Assembly (NCBI GenBank): GCA_964016885.1
Contig: OZ024741.1
Location: 1,488,001 to 1,552,000 of the forward strand
DNA from: Eledone cirrhosa
Taxonomy: Eukaryota
DNA: 64,000 nt
Direction: 5' to 3'
In this document: positions 48,401 to 61,626 of the stretch, in pieces
Layout of the letters: the number at the start of each line of letters is the position of its first letter
Position numbering within the stretch: the first letter of the stretch is position 1
Translations under genes and position numbers: made by a program
The notes under the pieces: model-generated
Seen by the model: the letters and a program-made list of their open reading frames with translations, nothing else
Told to the model about the DNA's origin: nothing
Databases searched by the model: none

Positions 48401-51400
48401 TATAGTATGTTGTAGTGTGGTGTGGTGTAGTGTGGTGTGGTCTCGTATAGTATGGTGTAGTGTGGTCTGGTATAGTATGATGTAGTGTGATGTAGTGTGG
48501 TGTGGATTAGTGTGGTGTGGTGTAGTCTGGTGTGGTGTAGTGTGGTGTGGTCTTGTATAGTATGGTGTTGTGTGGTGTGGCGTAGTGCGGTGTTGTCTGG
48601 TATATTCTTGTAAAGTGTGGTATGGTGTGGTCTGGTATAGTCTGGTGTAGAGTGGTGTGGTGTGGTGTGGTGTGGTATGGTGTAGTGTGGTGTAGTGTGG
48701 TGTGGTGTAGTTTGGTGTGGTGTTGTATGGTGTAGTGTGGTCTAGTGTGGTGTGGTGTAGTGTGGTGTAGTGTGTTGTGATCTGGTATAGTATGGTGTAG
48801 TGTTGTGTGGTGCAGTTTGGTGTGATCTGGTATAGTATGATGTAGTGTGGTGTGATGTGGTGTGGTGTGGTATTGTGTAGTGTGGTGTAGTTGTGTGCTG
48901 TAGTGTGGTCTAATGTGGTGTGGTCTGGTATAGTCTGGTGTGGTGTGGTGTGGTCTGGTATAGTCTGGTGTAGTGTGGTGTGGTGTGGTGTGGTCTGGTA
49001 TAGTATGTTGTAGTGTGGTGTGGTGTAGTGTGGTGTGGTCAGGTATAGTCTGGTGTAGTGTGGTGTGGAGTGGTGTGGTCTTATATTTTCTGGTGTAGTG
49101 TGGTGTGGTGTGGTGTGGTCTTATATTTTCTGGTGTAGTGTGGTGTGGTGTGGTCTGGTATAGTATGGTGTAGTGTGGTGTGGTCTGGAATAGTCTGGTG
49201 TAGTGTGGTGTGGTGTGGTCTTATATTTTCTGGTGTAGCGTGGTGTGGTGTGGTGTGGTCTGGTATAGTATGGTGTAGTGTGGTGTGGTCTGGTATAGTA
49301 TGGTGTAGTGTGGTGTGGTGTGGTGTGGTCTGGTATAGTATGTTGTAGTGTGGTGTGGTGTAGTGTGGTGTGGTCAGGTATAGTCTGGTGTAGTGTGGTG
49401 TGGTGTGGTCTGGTCTTATATTTTCTGGTGTAGTGTGGTGTGGTGTGGTGTAGTGTGGTCTGGTATAGTCTGGTGTAGTGTGGTGCGGTGTGGTGTGGTC
49501 TGGTATAGTCTGTTATAGTGTGGTGTGGTGTAGTGTGGTGAGGTCTGGTATTGTATGGTGTGGTGTGGTGTGGTCTGGTATAGTCTGGTGTAGTGTGGTG
49601 TGGTATAGTATTGTCTGGTCTGGTATAGTATGGTGTAGTTTGGTGTGATGTAGTGTGGTGTGGTCTGGTATAGTATGGTGTAGTGTGGTGTGGTGTAGTG
49701 TGGTTTGGTGTGGTCTGGTATAGTCTGGTGTAGTGTGGTGTGGTGTAGTGTGGTGTGGTCTGGTATAGTATGGTGTAGTGTGGTGTGGTGTAGTGTGGTG
49801 TGGTCTGGTATAGTCTGGTGTAGTGTTGTGTGGTGTAGTGTAGTGTGGTCTGGTATAGTATGGTGTAGTGTGGTGTGGTGTGGTGTGGTGTGGTGTGCTC
49901 TGTATAGTCTGGTGTAGTGTGATGTGGTCTGGTATAGTCTGGTATAGTGTGGTATAGTCTGGTATTTTCTGGTATAATCTGGTATATTAGTGAGGTCTGG
50001 TGTGTTGTGGTGTAGTGTGGTGTGGTGTCGTTTGGTGTGGTATTCTGTAGTGTGGTGTGGTATAGTGTGGTGTGGTCTGGTATAATATGGTGTAGTGAGG
50101 TGTGGTGTAGTGTGGTGTGCTCTGGTATAGTATGGTGTAGTGTAGTGTGGTGTAGTGTGGTGTCGTCTGGTATAGTCTGGTGTAGTGTGGTGTGGTGTGG
50201 TGTGGTCTGGTATAGTCAGGTCTAGAATGGTGTGGTGTGGTGTGGTATGGTGTAGTGTGGTGTACTGTGGTGTGGTGTAGTGTGGTGTGGTGTAGTGTGG
50301 TGTGGTCTGGTATTGTATGGTGTGGTGTGGTCTGGTATAATCTGGTGTAGTGCGGTGTGGTCTGGTGTAGTCTGGTATAGTATGGTGTAGTGTGGTGTGG
50401 TCTGGTATAGTTTGGTGTAGTGTGGTGTGGTGTGGTCTGGTATAGTCTGGTGTAGTGTGGTTTGGTGTGCTCTGGTATAGTTTGCTGTAGTGTGGTATGA
50501 TGTAGTGTGGTGTACTGTGGTGTGGTGTAGTGTGGTGTTGTATGGTGTAGTGTGGTGTAGTTAGGTGTGATCTGGTATAGTATGGTGGTGTAGTGTGGTG
50601 TGGTGTAGTGTGGTGTGGTGTGGTGTGGTCAGGTATAGTCTGGTGTTGAGTGGTGTGGTGTGGTATGGTGTAGTGTGGTGTAGTGTGTTGTGGTGTTGTA
50701 TGGTGTAGTGTGATGTAGTGTGGTGTGGTCTGGTATAGTCTGGTGTGGTGTGGTGTGGTGTAGTGTGGTGTGGTCAGGTATAGTCTGGTGTGGTGTGGTG
50801 TGGTCTGGTATAGTCTGGTGTAGTGTGGTGTGGTGTGGTCTGATATAGTATGGTGTAGTGTGGTGTGGTCAGGTATAGTCCGGTGTAGTGTGGTTTGGTG
50901 TGGTGTGGTCTGGTAGAGTGTGGTGTAGTGAGGTGCGGTCTGATATTGTCTGGAGTAGTGTGGTGTGGTGCGGTGTAGTCTGGTATAGTATGGTGTAGTG
51001 TGGTTTGGTCTGGAATAGTCTGGTGTAGTGTGGTGTGGTGTAGTGTGGTCTGGTATAGCCTGGTGTAGTGTGGTGTGGTCTGGTGTATAGTCTGTTATAG
51101 TGTTGTGTGGTGTGGTTTAGTGTGGTGTAGTGTGGTGTGATCTGGTATATTATGGTGTAGTGTGGTGTGGTGTAGTGTGGTGTGGTCTGGTATAGTATGG
51201 TGTAGTGTGGTGTGATGTGGTGTGGTATGGTGTAGTGTGGTGTAGTGTGTTGTGGTCTGGTATAGTCTGGTGTGGTGTGGTCTGGTATCGTCTGGTGTAG
51301 TGGTGTGGTGTGGTCTGGTATAGTATGGTGTAGTGTGGTGTGATGTGGTGTAGTGTGGTCTGGTATAGTCTGGTGTAGTGTGGTGTGGTCTGGTGTGGTC

Positions 51401-54400
51401 TGGTATAGTCTGGTGTTGAGTGGTGTGGAGTGGTATAGTGTAGTGTGGTGTAGTGTGGTGTGGTGTAGTGTGGTGTGGTGTTGTATGGTATAGTGTGGTG
51501 TGGAGTGGTGCATTGTGGTGTAGTGTGGTGTGATCTGGTATAGTATGGTGTAGTGTGGTGTAGTGTGGTGTGGTTTGGTGTGTTGTGGTCTGTATAGTGT
51601 GGTGTAGTGTCGTTTGGTCTGATAGAGTCTGGTGTAGTGTGGTGTGGTGTTGTGTGGTGTGGTCTGGTATAGTCTGGTGTAGTGTAGTGTGGTGTGGTGT
51701 GGTGTGGTCTGGTATATTATTGTGTTGTCTGATGTGGTGTAGTGTGGTGTGGTCTGGTATAGTCTGGTGTAGTGTTGTGTGGTGCCGTGTGGTGTGGTCT
51801 GATATAGTCTGGAGTAGTGTGGTGTGGTGTGGTGTGGTGTGATATGGTATAGTCTGGTGTAGTGTGGTGTGGTGTAGTGTAGTATGGTGTGGTGTAGTAT
51901 GGTGTAGTGTGCTGTGGTGTAGTGTGGTGTGGTGTAGTGTAGTGTGGTCTGGTGTGGTGTGGTGTAGCCTGGTATAGTCTGGTGTAGTGTAGTGTGGTGT
52001 GATGTGGTGTACTGTGGTGTAGTGTGGTGTCGTGTGGTTTGGTGTGGTGTGGTGTGGTGTGGTGTAGTGGTGTAGTGTGCTGTAGTGTGGTGTGGTCTGG
52101 TATATTTTAAAGTGTATTGAAGTGTGGGGTAGTGTGGAGTGGTCTGGTATAGTCTGGTGTAGTGTTGTGTGGTGTGGTGTGGTGTGGTGTGGTATGGTGT
52201 AATCTGCTGTAGTGGTGTGGTGTGGTATGGTGTAGTGTGGTGTAGTGTGGTGTGGTGTGGTGTGGTATAGTGTGGTGTAGTGTGGTGTGGTCTGGTATAG
52301 TATGTAGTAGTGTGATGTGGTCTGGTCTGGTATAGTCTGGTGTAGTGTGGTGTGGTCTGGTATTGTCTGGTATAGTGTGGTGTGGTGTGGTCTGGTATTG
52401 TCTGGTGTAGCGTGGTGTGGTGTGGTGTGGTCTGGTATAGTATGGTGTAGTGTGGTGTGGTGTAGTGTGGTTTGGTCAGGTATAGTCTGGTTTAGTGTGG
52501 TGTGGTGTGGTGTGGTATGGTGTGGTGTGGTCTGGTATAGTATGGTGTAGTGTGGTGTGGTGTAGTGTGGTTTGGTCAGGTATAGTCTGGTGTAGTGTGG
52601 TGTGGTGTGGTCTGGTATAGTGTGGTGTAGTGTGGTCAGATATTGTCTGGTGTAGTGTGGTGTGGCGTGGTGTGGTCTGGTATAGTCTGGTGTATTGTGG
52701 TGTGGTCTGGAATAGTCTGGTGTAGTGTGGTGTGGACTGGTATAGTCTGGTGTAGTGTTGTGTGGTGTGATGTGGTCTGGTATAGTCTGGTGTAGAATGG
52801 TGTGGTGTGGTATGGCATGGTGTAGTGTGGTGTAGAGCGGTGTGGTGTAGTGTGGTGTGGTGTTGTATGGTGTAGTGTGGTGTAGTGTGGTGAGGTGTAG
52901 TGTGGTGTGGTCTGGTATAGTATGGTGTAGTGTGGTGTAGTGTGGTCTGGTATAGCCTGGTGTTGAGTGGTGTGGTGTGGTGTGGTATAGTGTAGTGTGG
53001 TGTAGTGTGGTGTGGTGTAGTGTGGTGTGGTCTGGTATAGTATGGTGTAGTGTGGTGTGGTGTGGTCTGGTATAGCCTGGCGTTGAGTGGTGTGGTGTGG
53101 TGTGGTATAGTGTAGTGAGGTGTAGTGCAGTGTGGTGTAGTGTGGTGTGATCTGGTATAGTATGGTGTAGTGTGGTGTGGTGTAGTGTGGTGAGGTCTGG
53201 TATAGTATGGTGTAGTGTGGTGTGAGGTGGTGTGGTATGGTGTAGTGTGGTGTAGTGAGGTGTGGTCTGGTATAGTCTCGTGTGGTGTGGTCTGGTATAT
53301 TCTGGTGTAGTGTGGTGTGGTGTGTTCTGGTATAGTCTGTTATAGTGTGGTGTGGTGTAGTGTGGTGTGGTCTTGCATTGTATGGTGTGGTGTGGTCTAG
53401 TATAATATGGTGTAGTGTGGTGTGGTGTGGTGTGGTCTGGTATAGTATGGTGTAGTGTGGTGTAGTGTGGTGTGGTCTGGTATAATTTGGTGTAGTGTGG
53501 TGTGGTGTAGTGTGGTGTGGTCAAGTATAGTCTGGTGTAGTATGGTGTGGTGTGGTCAGGTATAGTCTGGTGTAGTGTGGTGTGGTGTGCTCTGGTATAG
53601 TTTGGTGTAGTGTGGTATGATGTAGTGTGGTGTACTGTGGTGTGGTGTAGTGTGGTGTGGTGTTGTATGGTGTAGTGTGGTGTAGTTAGGTGTGATCTGG
53701 TATAATATGGTGGTGTAGTGTGGTGTGGTGTAGTGTGGTGTGGTGTGGTCAGGTATAGTCAGGTGTGGTGTGGTGTGGTGTAGTGTGGTGTGGTCAGGTA
53801 TAGTCTCGTGTGGTGTGTGTGGTCTGGTATAGTCTGTTGTAGTGTGGTGTGGTGTGGTCTGATATAGTATCGTTTAGTGTGGTGTGGTCAGGTATAGTCC
53901 GGTGTAGTGTGGTTTGGTGTTGTGTGGTCTGGTAGAGTGTGGTGTAGTGAGGTGCGGTCTGATATTGTCTGGAGTAGTGTGGTGTGGTGCGGTGTAGTCT
54001 GGTATAGTATGGTGTAGTGTGGTGTGGTCTGGAATAGTCTGGTGTAGTGTGGTGTGATTTGGTGTGGTATGGTTTAGTGTGGTGTAGTGTGGTGTGGTCT
54101 GGTATAGTCTGGTGTGGTGTGGTGTCGTCTGGTATTGTCTGGTGTAGTTTGGTGTGGTGTGGTCTGGTATAGTATGGTGTAGTGTGGTGTGGTATAGTGT
54201 TGTGTGGTCAGGTGTAGTCTGGTGTAGTGTGGTGTGGTTTCGTGTGGTGTGGTCTGGTATAGTGTGGTGTAGTGTCGTGTGGTCTGATAGAGTCTGGTGT
54301 AGTGTGGTGTGGTGTAGTGTGGTGTGCTCAGGTATAGTCTGGTCTAGTGTGGTGTGGTGTGGTGTGTTCTGGTATATTATGGTGTAGTGTGATGTGGTGT

Positions 54401-56691
54401 AGTGTGGTGTCGTCTGGTATAGTTTGGTGTAGTTTGGTGTGGTGTAGTGTGGTGTGGTCAAGTATAGTCTGGTGTAGTGTGGTGTGGTGTAGTGTGGTGT
54501 GGTCAAGTATAGTCTGGTGTAGTGTGGTGTGGTGTGGTCTGGTATAGTCTGGTGTAGTGTGGTGTGTTCTGGTATAGTCTGTTATTGTGTGGTGTGGTGT
54601 AGTGTGGTGTGGTCTGGTATTGTATGGTGTGGTGTGGTCTGGTATAATCTGGTGTAGTGTGGTGTGGTGTGGTGTGGTCTGGTATAGTATGGTGTAGTGT
54701 GGTGTGGTGTAGTGTGGTGTGGTCTGGTATAGTCTGGTGTAGTGTGGTGTGGTCTGGTATAGTCTGGTGTAGTGTGGTATGATGTAGTGTGGTGTACTGT
54801 GGTGTGGTGTAGTGTGGTGTGGTGTTGTATGGTGTAGTGTGGTGTAGTTAGGTGTGATCTGGTATAGTATGGTGGTGTAGTGTGGTGTGGTGTAGTGTGG
54901 TGTGGTGTGGTGTGGTCAGGTATAGTCTGGTGTTGAGTGGTGTGGTGTGATATGGTGTAGTGTGGTGTAGTGTGGTGTGGTGTAGTGTGGTGTGGTGTTG
55001 TATTGTGTAGTGTGGTGTAGTGTGGTGTGGTCTGGTATAGTCTGGTGTGGTGTGGTGTGGTGTAGTGTGGTGTGGTCAGGTATAGTCTGGTGTGGTGTGG
55101 TGTGGTCTGGTATAGTCTGGTGTAGTGTGGTGTGGTCAGGTATAGTCCGGTGTAGTGTGGTTTGGTGAGGTGTGGTCTGGTAAAGTGTGGTGTAGTGAGG
55201 TGCGGTCTGATATTGTCTGGAGTAGTGTGGTGTGGTGCGGTGTGGTCTGGAATAGTCTGGTGTAGTGTGGTGTGATTTGGTGTGGTATGGTTTAGTGTGG
55301 TGTAGTGTGGTGTGGTCTGGTATAGTCTGGTGTGGTGTGGTGTCGTCTGGTATTGTCTGGTGTAGTGTGGTGTAGTGTGGTGTGGTGTAGTGTGGTGTGG
55401 TGTTGTATGGTATAGTGTGGTGTGGTGTGGTGCATTGTGTTGTAGTGTGGTGTGATCTGGTATAGTATGGTGTAGTGTGGTGTGGTGTAGTGTGGTGTTG
55501 TTTGGTATAGTCTGGTGTAGTGTGGTGTGGTGTAGTGTGGTGTTGTTTGGTATAGTCTGGTGTAGTGTGGTGTGGTATAGTGTGGTGTGGTCTGGAATAG
55601 TCTGGTGTAGAGTGGTGTGTGTGGTGTGGTGTGGTGCGGTGATGTGTGGTTTGGTACGGTGTAGTGTGGTGTCGTGTGGTGTAGTGTGTTGTGGTGTAGT
55701 GTGGTGTGGTCTGGTATAGTGTCGTGTAGTGTGTTGTGGTGTAGTGTTGTGTGGTGTGTTATAGTATGGTGTAGTGTGGTGTGGTGTGGTGTGATCTGGT
55801 ATAGTATGGTGTAGTGTGGTGTGGTGTGGTGTATTGTGGTGTGGTATAGTGTGGTGTGGTCTGGTATAGTGTGGTGTAGTGTGGTGTGGTGTAGTGTGGT
55901 GTCGTCTGGTATAGTATGGTGTAGTGTGGTGTGGTGTAGTGTGGTGTGGTCGGGTATAGTCTGGTATAGTGTGGTGTGGTGTAATGTGGTGTGGTCTGGT
56001 ATAGTCTGGTGTAGTGTGGTGTGTGTGGCGTGGTGTGGTGCGGTTTGGTGTTGTGTGGTATGGTGTATTGTGGTATAGTGTGGTGTGGTCTGGTATAGTA
56101 TGGTGCAGTGTGGTGTGGTGTAGTGTTGTGTAGTGTGGTGTAGTGTGGTGTGGTCTGGTATAGTATGGTGTAGTGTGGTGTGGTATGGTGTGGTGTGGTG
56201 TGGTGTAGTGTAGTGTGATATAGTGTGGTGTGGTGTGGTGTAGTGTGATTAAGTGCGGTGTAGTGCGGTGCGGTGTAGTGTGGTGTAGTGTGGTGTGGTG
56301 TAGTGTGGTGTAGTGGGGTGTGGTGTAGTGTGGTATGGTGTGGTGTAGTGTGGTATGGTGTGGTGTGGTGTAGTGTGGTGTGGTGTAGTGTGGTGTAGTG
56401 TAGTGTCGTGTGGTGTTGTGGTGTGTGGTGTAGTCTGGTGTAGTGTGGTCTAGTGTTGTGTAATGTCGTATAGTGTGGTGAGGTGTAGTGTGGTGTGGTG
56501 TAGTGTGGTGTAGTGTGGTGTAGTGTGGTATAGTGTCGTGTGATGTGGTGTGGTGTGGTATAGTGTCGTGTGATGTGGTGTGGTGTAGTGTAGTGTAGTG
56601 CGGTGTGGTGTGGTGTAGTGTGGTGTAGTGTAGGGTGGTGTGGTGTGTGCTGAGGTGTGGTGTGGTGTGGTGTGGTGTATGTTAGTGTGGT

Positions 56692-56824
<133 letters not shown>

Positions 56825-58599
56825 TGGTGTGGTGTAGTGTGGTGTGATGTGGTGTGGTATGGTGTGGTCTGGTATAGTCTGGTGTTGTGTGGCGTGGTGT
56901 GGTCTGATATAATCTGGTGTAGTGTGGTGTGGTGTAGTGTAATGTAGTGTGGTGTATTGTGGTGTAGTGTGGTGTAGTCTGGTGTGGTCTGCTATAGTAT
57001 GGTGTAGTTGTGGTGTGGTGCAGTGTGGTGTGGTCTAGTATAGTATGGTGTAGTGTGGTGTGGTGTAACGTCGTGTGGTGTGGTATAGTATGGTGTAATG
57101 TGGTGTGGTGTGGTGTGGTCTGGTATAGTCTGGTGTAGTGTGGTGTGGTGTAGTGTGGTGTAGTGTGGTGTAGTGCGGTGTAGTGTGGTGTAGTGTGGTG
57201 TAGTGTGGTGTGGTGTAGTGTGGTGTAGTGTGGTGTGGTCTGGTATAGTATGGTGTAGTATGGTGCGGCGTAGTGTGGTGTGGTGTAGTGTGGTGTGGTG
57301 TAGTGTGGTGTGGTCTGGTATAGTGTGGTGTAGTGTGGTGTGGTGTAGTGTGGTGTAGTGTGGTGTGGTGTAGTGTTGTGTGGTCTGGTATAGTATGGTG
57401 TAGTGTGGTGTGGTGTAATGTGGTGTGGTCTGGTATAGTCTGGTGTAGTGTGGTGTGGTGTAGTGTGGTGTTGTTTGGTATAGTCTGGTGTAGTGTGGTG
57501 TGGTGTGGTGTGGTGTAGTGTGGTGTGGTCTGGTATAGTCTGGTGTAGTGTGGTGTGTGTGGTGTGGTGTGGTGCGGTGTGGTGTGGTTTGGTATGGTGT
57601 AGTGTGGTGTCGTGTGGTGTAGTGTGTTGTGGTGTAGTGTGGTGTGGTCTGGTATAGTGTCGTGTAGTGTGGTGTGGTGTAGTGTTGTGTGGTGTGTTAT
57701 AGTATGGTGTAGTGTGGTGTAGTGTGGTGTGGTCTGGTATAGTATGGTGTAGTGTGGTGTGGTGTGGTGTATTGTGGTGTGGTGTAGTGTGGTGTGGTCT
57801 GGTATAGTGTGGTGTAGTGTGGTGTGGTGTAGTGTGGTGTCGTCTGGTATAGTATGGTGTAGTGTGGTGTGGTGTAGTGTGGTGTTGTGTGGTATAGTCT
57901 GGTATAGTGTGGTGTGGTGTAATGTGGTGTGGTCTGGTATAGTCTGGTGTAGTGTGGTGTGTGTGGCGTGGTGTGGTGCGGTGTGGTGTTGTGTGGTATG
58001 GTGTAGTGTGGTATAGTGTGGTGTGGTCTGGTATAGTATGGTGCAGTGTGGTGTGGCGTAGTGTTGTGTAGTGTGGTGTAGTGTGGTGTGGTCTGGTATA
58101 GTATGGTGTAGTGTGGTGTGGTATGGTGTGGTGTGGTGTGGTATAGTGTAGTGTGATATAGTGTGGTGTGGTGTGGGGTAGTGTGGTTAAGTGCGGTGTA
58201 GTGTGGTGCGGTGTAGTGTGGTGTAGTGTGGTGTGGTGTGGTGTAGTGTGGTGTAGTGGGGTGTGGTGTAGTGTAGTATGGTGTGGTGTAGTGTGGTATG
58301 GTGTGGTGTGGTGTAGTGTGGTGTGGTGTAGTGTGGTGTAGTGTAGTGCCGTGTGGTGTGGTGGTGTGTGGTGTAGTCTGGTGTAGTGTGGTCTAGTGTT
58401 GTGTAATGTCGTATAGTGTGGTGAGGTGTAGTGTGGTGTGGTGTAGTGTGGTGTAGTGTGGTGTAGTGTGGTATAGTGTCGTGTGATGTGGTGTGGTGTA
58501 GTGTAGTGTAGTGCGGTGTGGTGTGGTGTAGTGTGGTGTAGTGTAGGGTGGTGTGGTGTGTGCTGTGGTGTGGTGTGGTGTGGTGTATGTTAGTGTGTC

Positions 58600-58634
<35 letters not shown>
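58600..58634. repeat. (GA)n microsatellite, paralogue of 56692-56822
   Basis: Same flanks and the same GAAA interruption, but shorter. Confidence 0.95.
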
Positions 58635-61568
58635 TGTGGTGTGGTGTAGTGTGGTGTGATGTGGTGTGGTATGGTGTGGTGTGGTCTGGTATAGTCTGGT
58701 GTTGTGTGGCTTGGTGTGGTGTGGTCTGGTATAGTCTGGTGTAGTGTGGTGTGGTGTAGTGTGATGTAGTGTGGTGTATTGTGGTGTAGTGTGGTGTGGT
58801 GTAGTCTGGTGTGGCCTGGTATAGTATGGTGTAGTTGTGGTGTGGTGCAGTGTGGTGTGGTCTAGTATAGTATGGTGTAGTGTGGTGTGGTGTAATGTCG
58901 TGTGGTGTGGTATAGTATGGTGTAGTGTGGTGTGGTGTGGTGTAGTGCGGTGTAGTGTGGTGTAGTGCGGTGTAGTGTGGTGTAGTGTAGTGTAGTGTGG
59001 TGTGGTGTAGTGTGGTGTAGTGTGGTGTGGTCTGGTATAGTATGGTGAAGTGTGGTGTAGTGTGGTGTGGTCTGGTATAGTATGGTGTAGTGTGGTGTGG
59101 TGTAGTGTGGTGTGGTCTGGTATAGTATGGTGTAGTGTGGTGTGGTGTAGTGTTGTGTGGTGTGGTATAGTATGGTGTAGTGTGGTGTGGTGTGGTGTTG
59201 TCTGGTATAGTATGGTGTAGTGAGGTGTGGTGTAGTGTGGTGTGGTCTGGTATAGGCCGGTGTAGTGTGGTGTGGTGTTGTGTGGTGTGGTCTGGTGTGG
59301 TGTGGTGTGGTATGGTGTAGTGTGGTGTAATGTGGTGTGGAGTGTTGTGGTGTGGTGCGGTATGGTGTAGTGTGGTGTAGTGTGGTGTGGTCTGGTATAG
59401 TTTGATGTAGTGTGGTGTGGTGTGGTATGGTGTGGTGTGGTATGGTGTAGTGTGGTGTGGTGTGATATGGTATAGTCTGGTGTAGTGTGGTGTGGTGTAG
59501 TGTGGTGTAGTGTCGTGTGGTCTGGTATAGTATGGTGTACTGTGGTGTGGTGTAGTGTGGTGTGGTCTGGTATAGTCTGGTGTAGTGTGGTGTGGTGTGG
59601 TGTGGTATGGTGTAGTGTGGTGTGGTGTGATTTGGTGTGGTGTGGTGTGATATGGTATAGTCTGGTGTAGTGTGGTGTGGTGTAGTGTGGTGTGGTGTGG
59701 TATGGTGTAGTTTGGTGTAGTGTGGTCTTGTGTAGTGTGGTGTAGTGTAGTGTAGTGTGGTGTTGTGTGCTGTGGTGTGGTGCAGTGTGGTGTGGTGTAG
59801 CGTGGTGTGGTGTAGTGCGGTGTGTTGTAGTGTGGTGTGGTGTGGTGTAGTGTAGTGTGGCGTAGTGTGGTGTAGTATGGTGTGATGTGCTGTGGTGTAG
59901 TGTGTTGTGGTGTAGTGTTGTGCGGTGTAGTGTGGTGTAGTGTGGTGCGGTGCAGTTTAGTGTAGTGTGGTGTAGTGTGGTATAGTGTAGTGTGGTGTAG
60001 TGTGGTGTGGTGTGGTGTAATGTAGTGTGGTGTAGTGTGGTGTAGTGTGGTGTAGTGTGGTGTGGTCTGGTATAGTCTATTGTTGTGTGGTGTGGTGTGG
60101 TGTGGTGTGGTGTGGTGTGGTGTGGTATAGTCTGGTGTAGTGTGGTGTGGTGTTGTGTGATGTAGTGTGGTGTAGTGTGGTGTAGTGTGGTGTGGTGTAG
60201 TGTGGTCTGGTCTGGTATAGTATGGTGTAGTGTGGTGTTTGTAGTGTGGTGTGGTCTAGTATAGTATGGTGTAGTATGGTGCGGTCGGGTATATTATGGT
60301 GTAGTGTGGTGTGGTGTAGTATGGTGTAGTGTGGTGTGGTGTGGTCTGGTATAGTCTGGTGTAATGTGGTGTGGTGTAGTATGGTGTGGTCTGGTTTATT
60401 ATGGTGTAGTGTGGTGTGGTCTGGTGTGGTCTGGTATAGTATGGTGTAGTGTGGTGTGGTGTAGTGTGGTGTAGTGTGGTGTACTGTGGTGTAGTGTGGT
60501 GTAGTGTGGTGTAGTGTGGTGTGGTCTGGTATAGTATGGTGTAGTGTGGTGTAATGTGGTGTGGTCTGGTATAGTCTGGTGTTGTGTGGTGTGGTGTAGT
60601 GTGGTGTGGTCTGGTATAGTATGGTGTAGTGTGGTTTGTTGTAGTATTGTGTGGTGTGGTATAGTATGGTGTAGTGTGGTGTGGTGTGGTGTGGTCTGGT
60701 CTGGTATAGTATGGTGTAGTATGGTGTGGTGTAGTGTGGTGTGGTGTAGTGTGGTGTGGTCTGGTATAGTGTGGTGTAGTGTGGTGTGGTGTAGTGTGGT
60801 CTGGTGTAGTGTGGTGTGGTCTGGTATAGTCTGGTGTAGTGTGGTGTGGTGTAGTGTGGTGTTGTCTGGTATAGTTTGGTGTAGTGTGGTGTGGTGTAGT
60901 GTGGTGTGGTTTGGTATGGTGTAGTGTGGTATAGTGTGGTGTGGTCTGGTATAGTATGGTGTAGTGTGGTGTGGTGTGGTGTGATGTGGTGTAGTGTGGT
61001 GTAGTGTGGTGTAGTGTGGTGTGGTCTGGTATAGTATGGTGTAGTGTGGTGTGGTGTGGTGTGGTGTAGTGTAGTGTGGTGTAGTGTGGTGTGTTGTGGT
61101 GTAGTGTGGTTCAGTGTGGTGTAGTGTGGTGTGGTGTAGTGTGGTGTAGTGTAGTGTGGTGTAGTGTGGTGTAGTATGGTGTAGCGTGGTGTGCTGTAAT
61201 GTGGTATGGTGTGGTGTAGTGTGGTATGGTGTTGTGTGGTGTAGTGTGGTGTGGTGTAGTGTGGTGTAGTGTAGTGCCGTGTGGTGTGGTGTTGTGTGGT
61301 GTAGTCTGGGGTAGTGTGGTCTAATGTTGTGTAGTGTCGTATAGTGTGGTGAGGTGTAGTGTGGTGTGGTGTAGTGTGGTGTAGTGTGGTGTAGTGTGGT
61401 ATAGTGTCGTGTGATTTGGTGTGGTGTAGTGTAGTGCGTCGTGGTGTGGTCTATTGTTTTTTAGTGTAGGGTGGTGTGTTGTGTGCTGTGGTGTGGTGTG
61501 GTGTGGTGTGGTGTTGTGTGGTGTATGTTAGTGTGGTGTGGTGTTGTGTGGTGTATGTTAGTGTGGTT

Positions 61569-61599
<31 letters not shown>
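61569..61599. repeat. (GA)n plus G run closing the pentamer array
   Basis: Directly visible, and preceded by the same GGTGTATGTTAGTGTG flank as the internal GA tracts. Confidence 0.95.
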
Positions 61600-61626
61600 A
61601 CGAATACTCGATTCATCTACATGACA

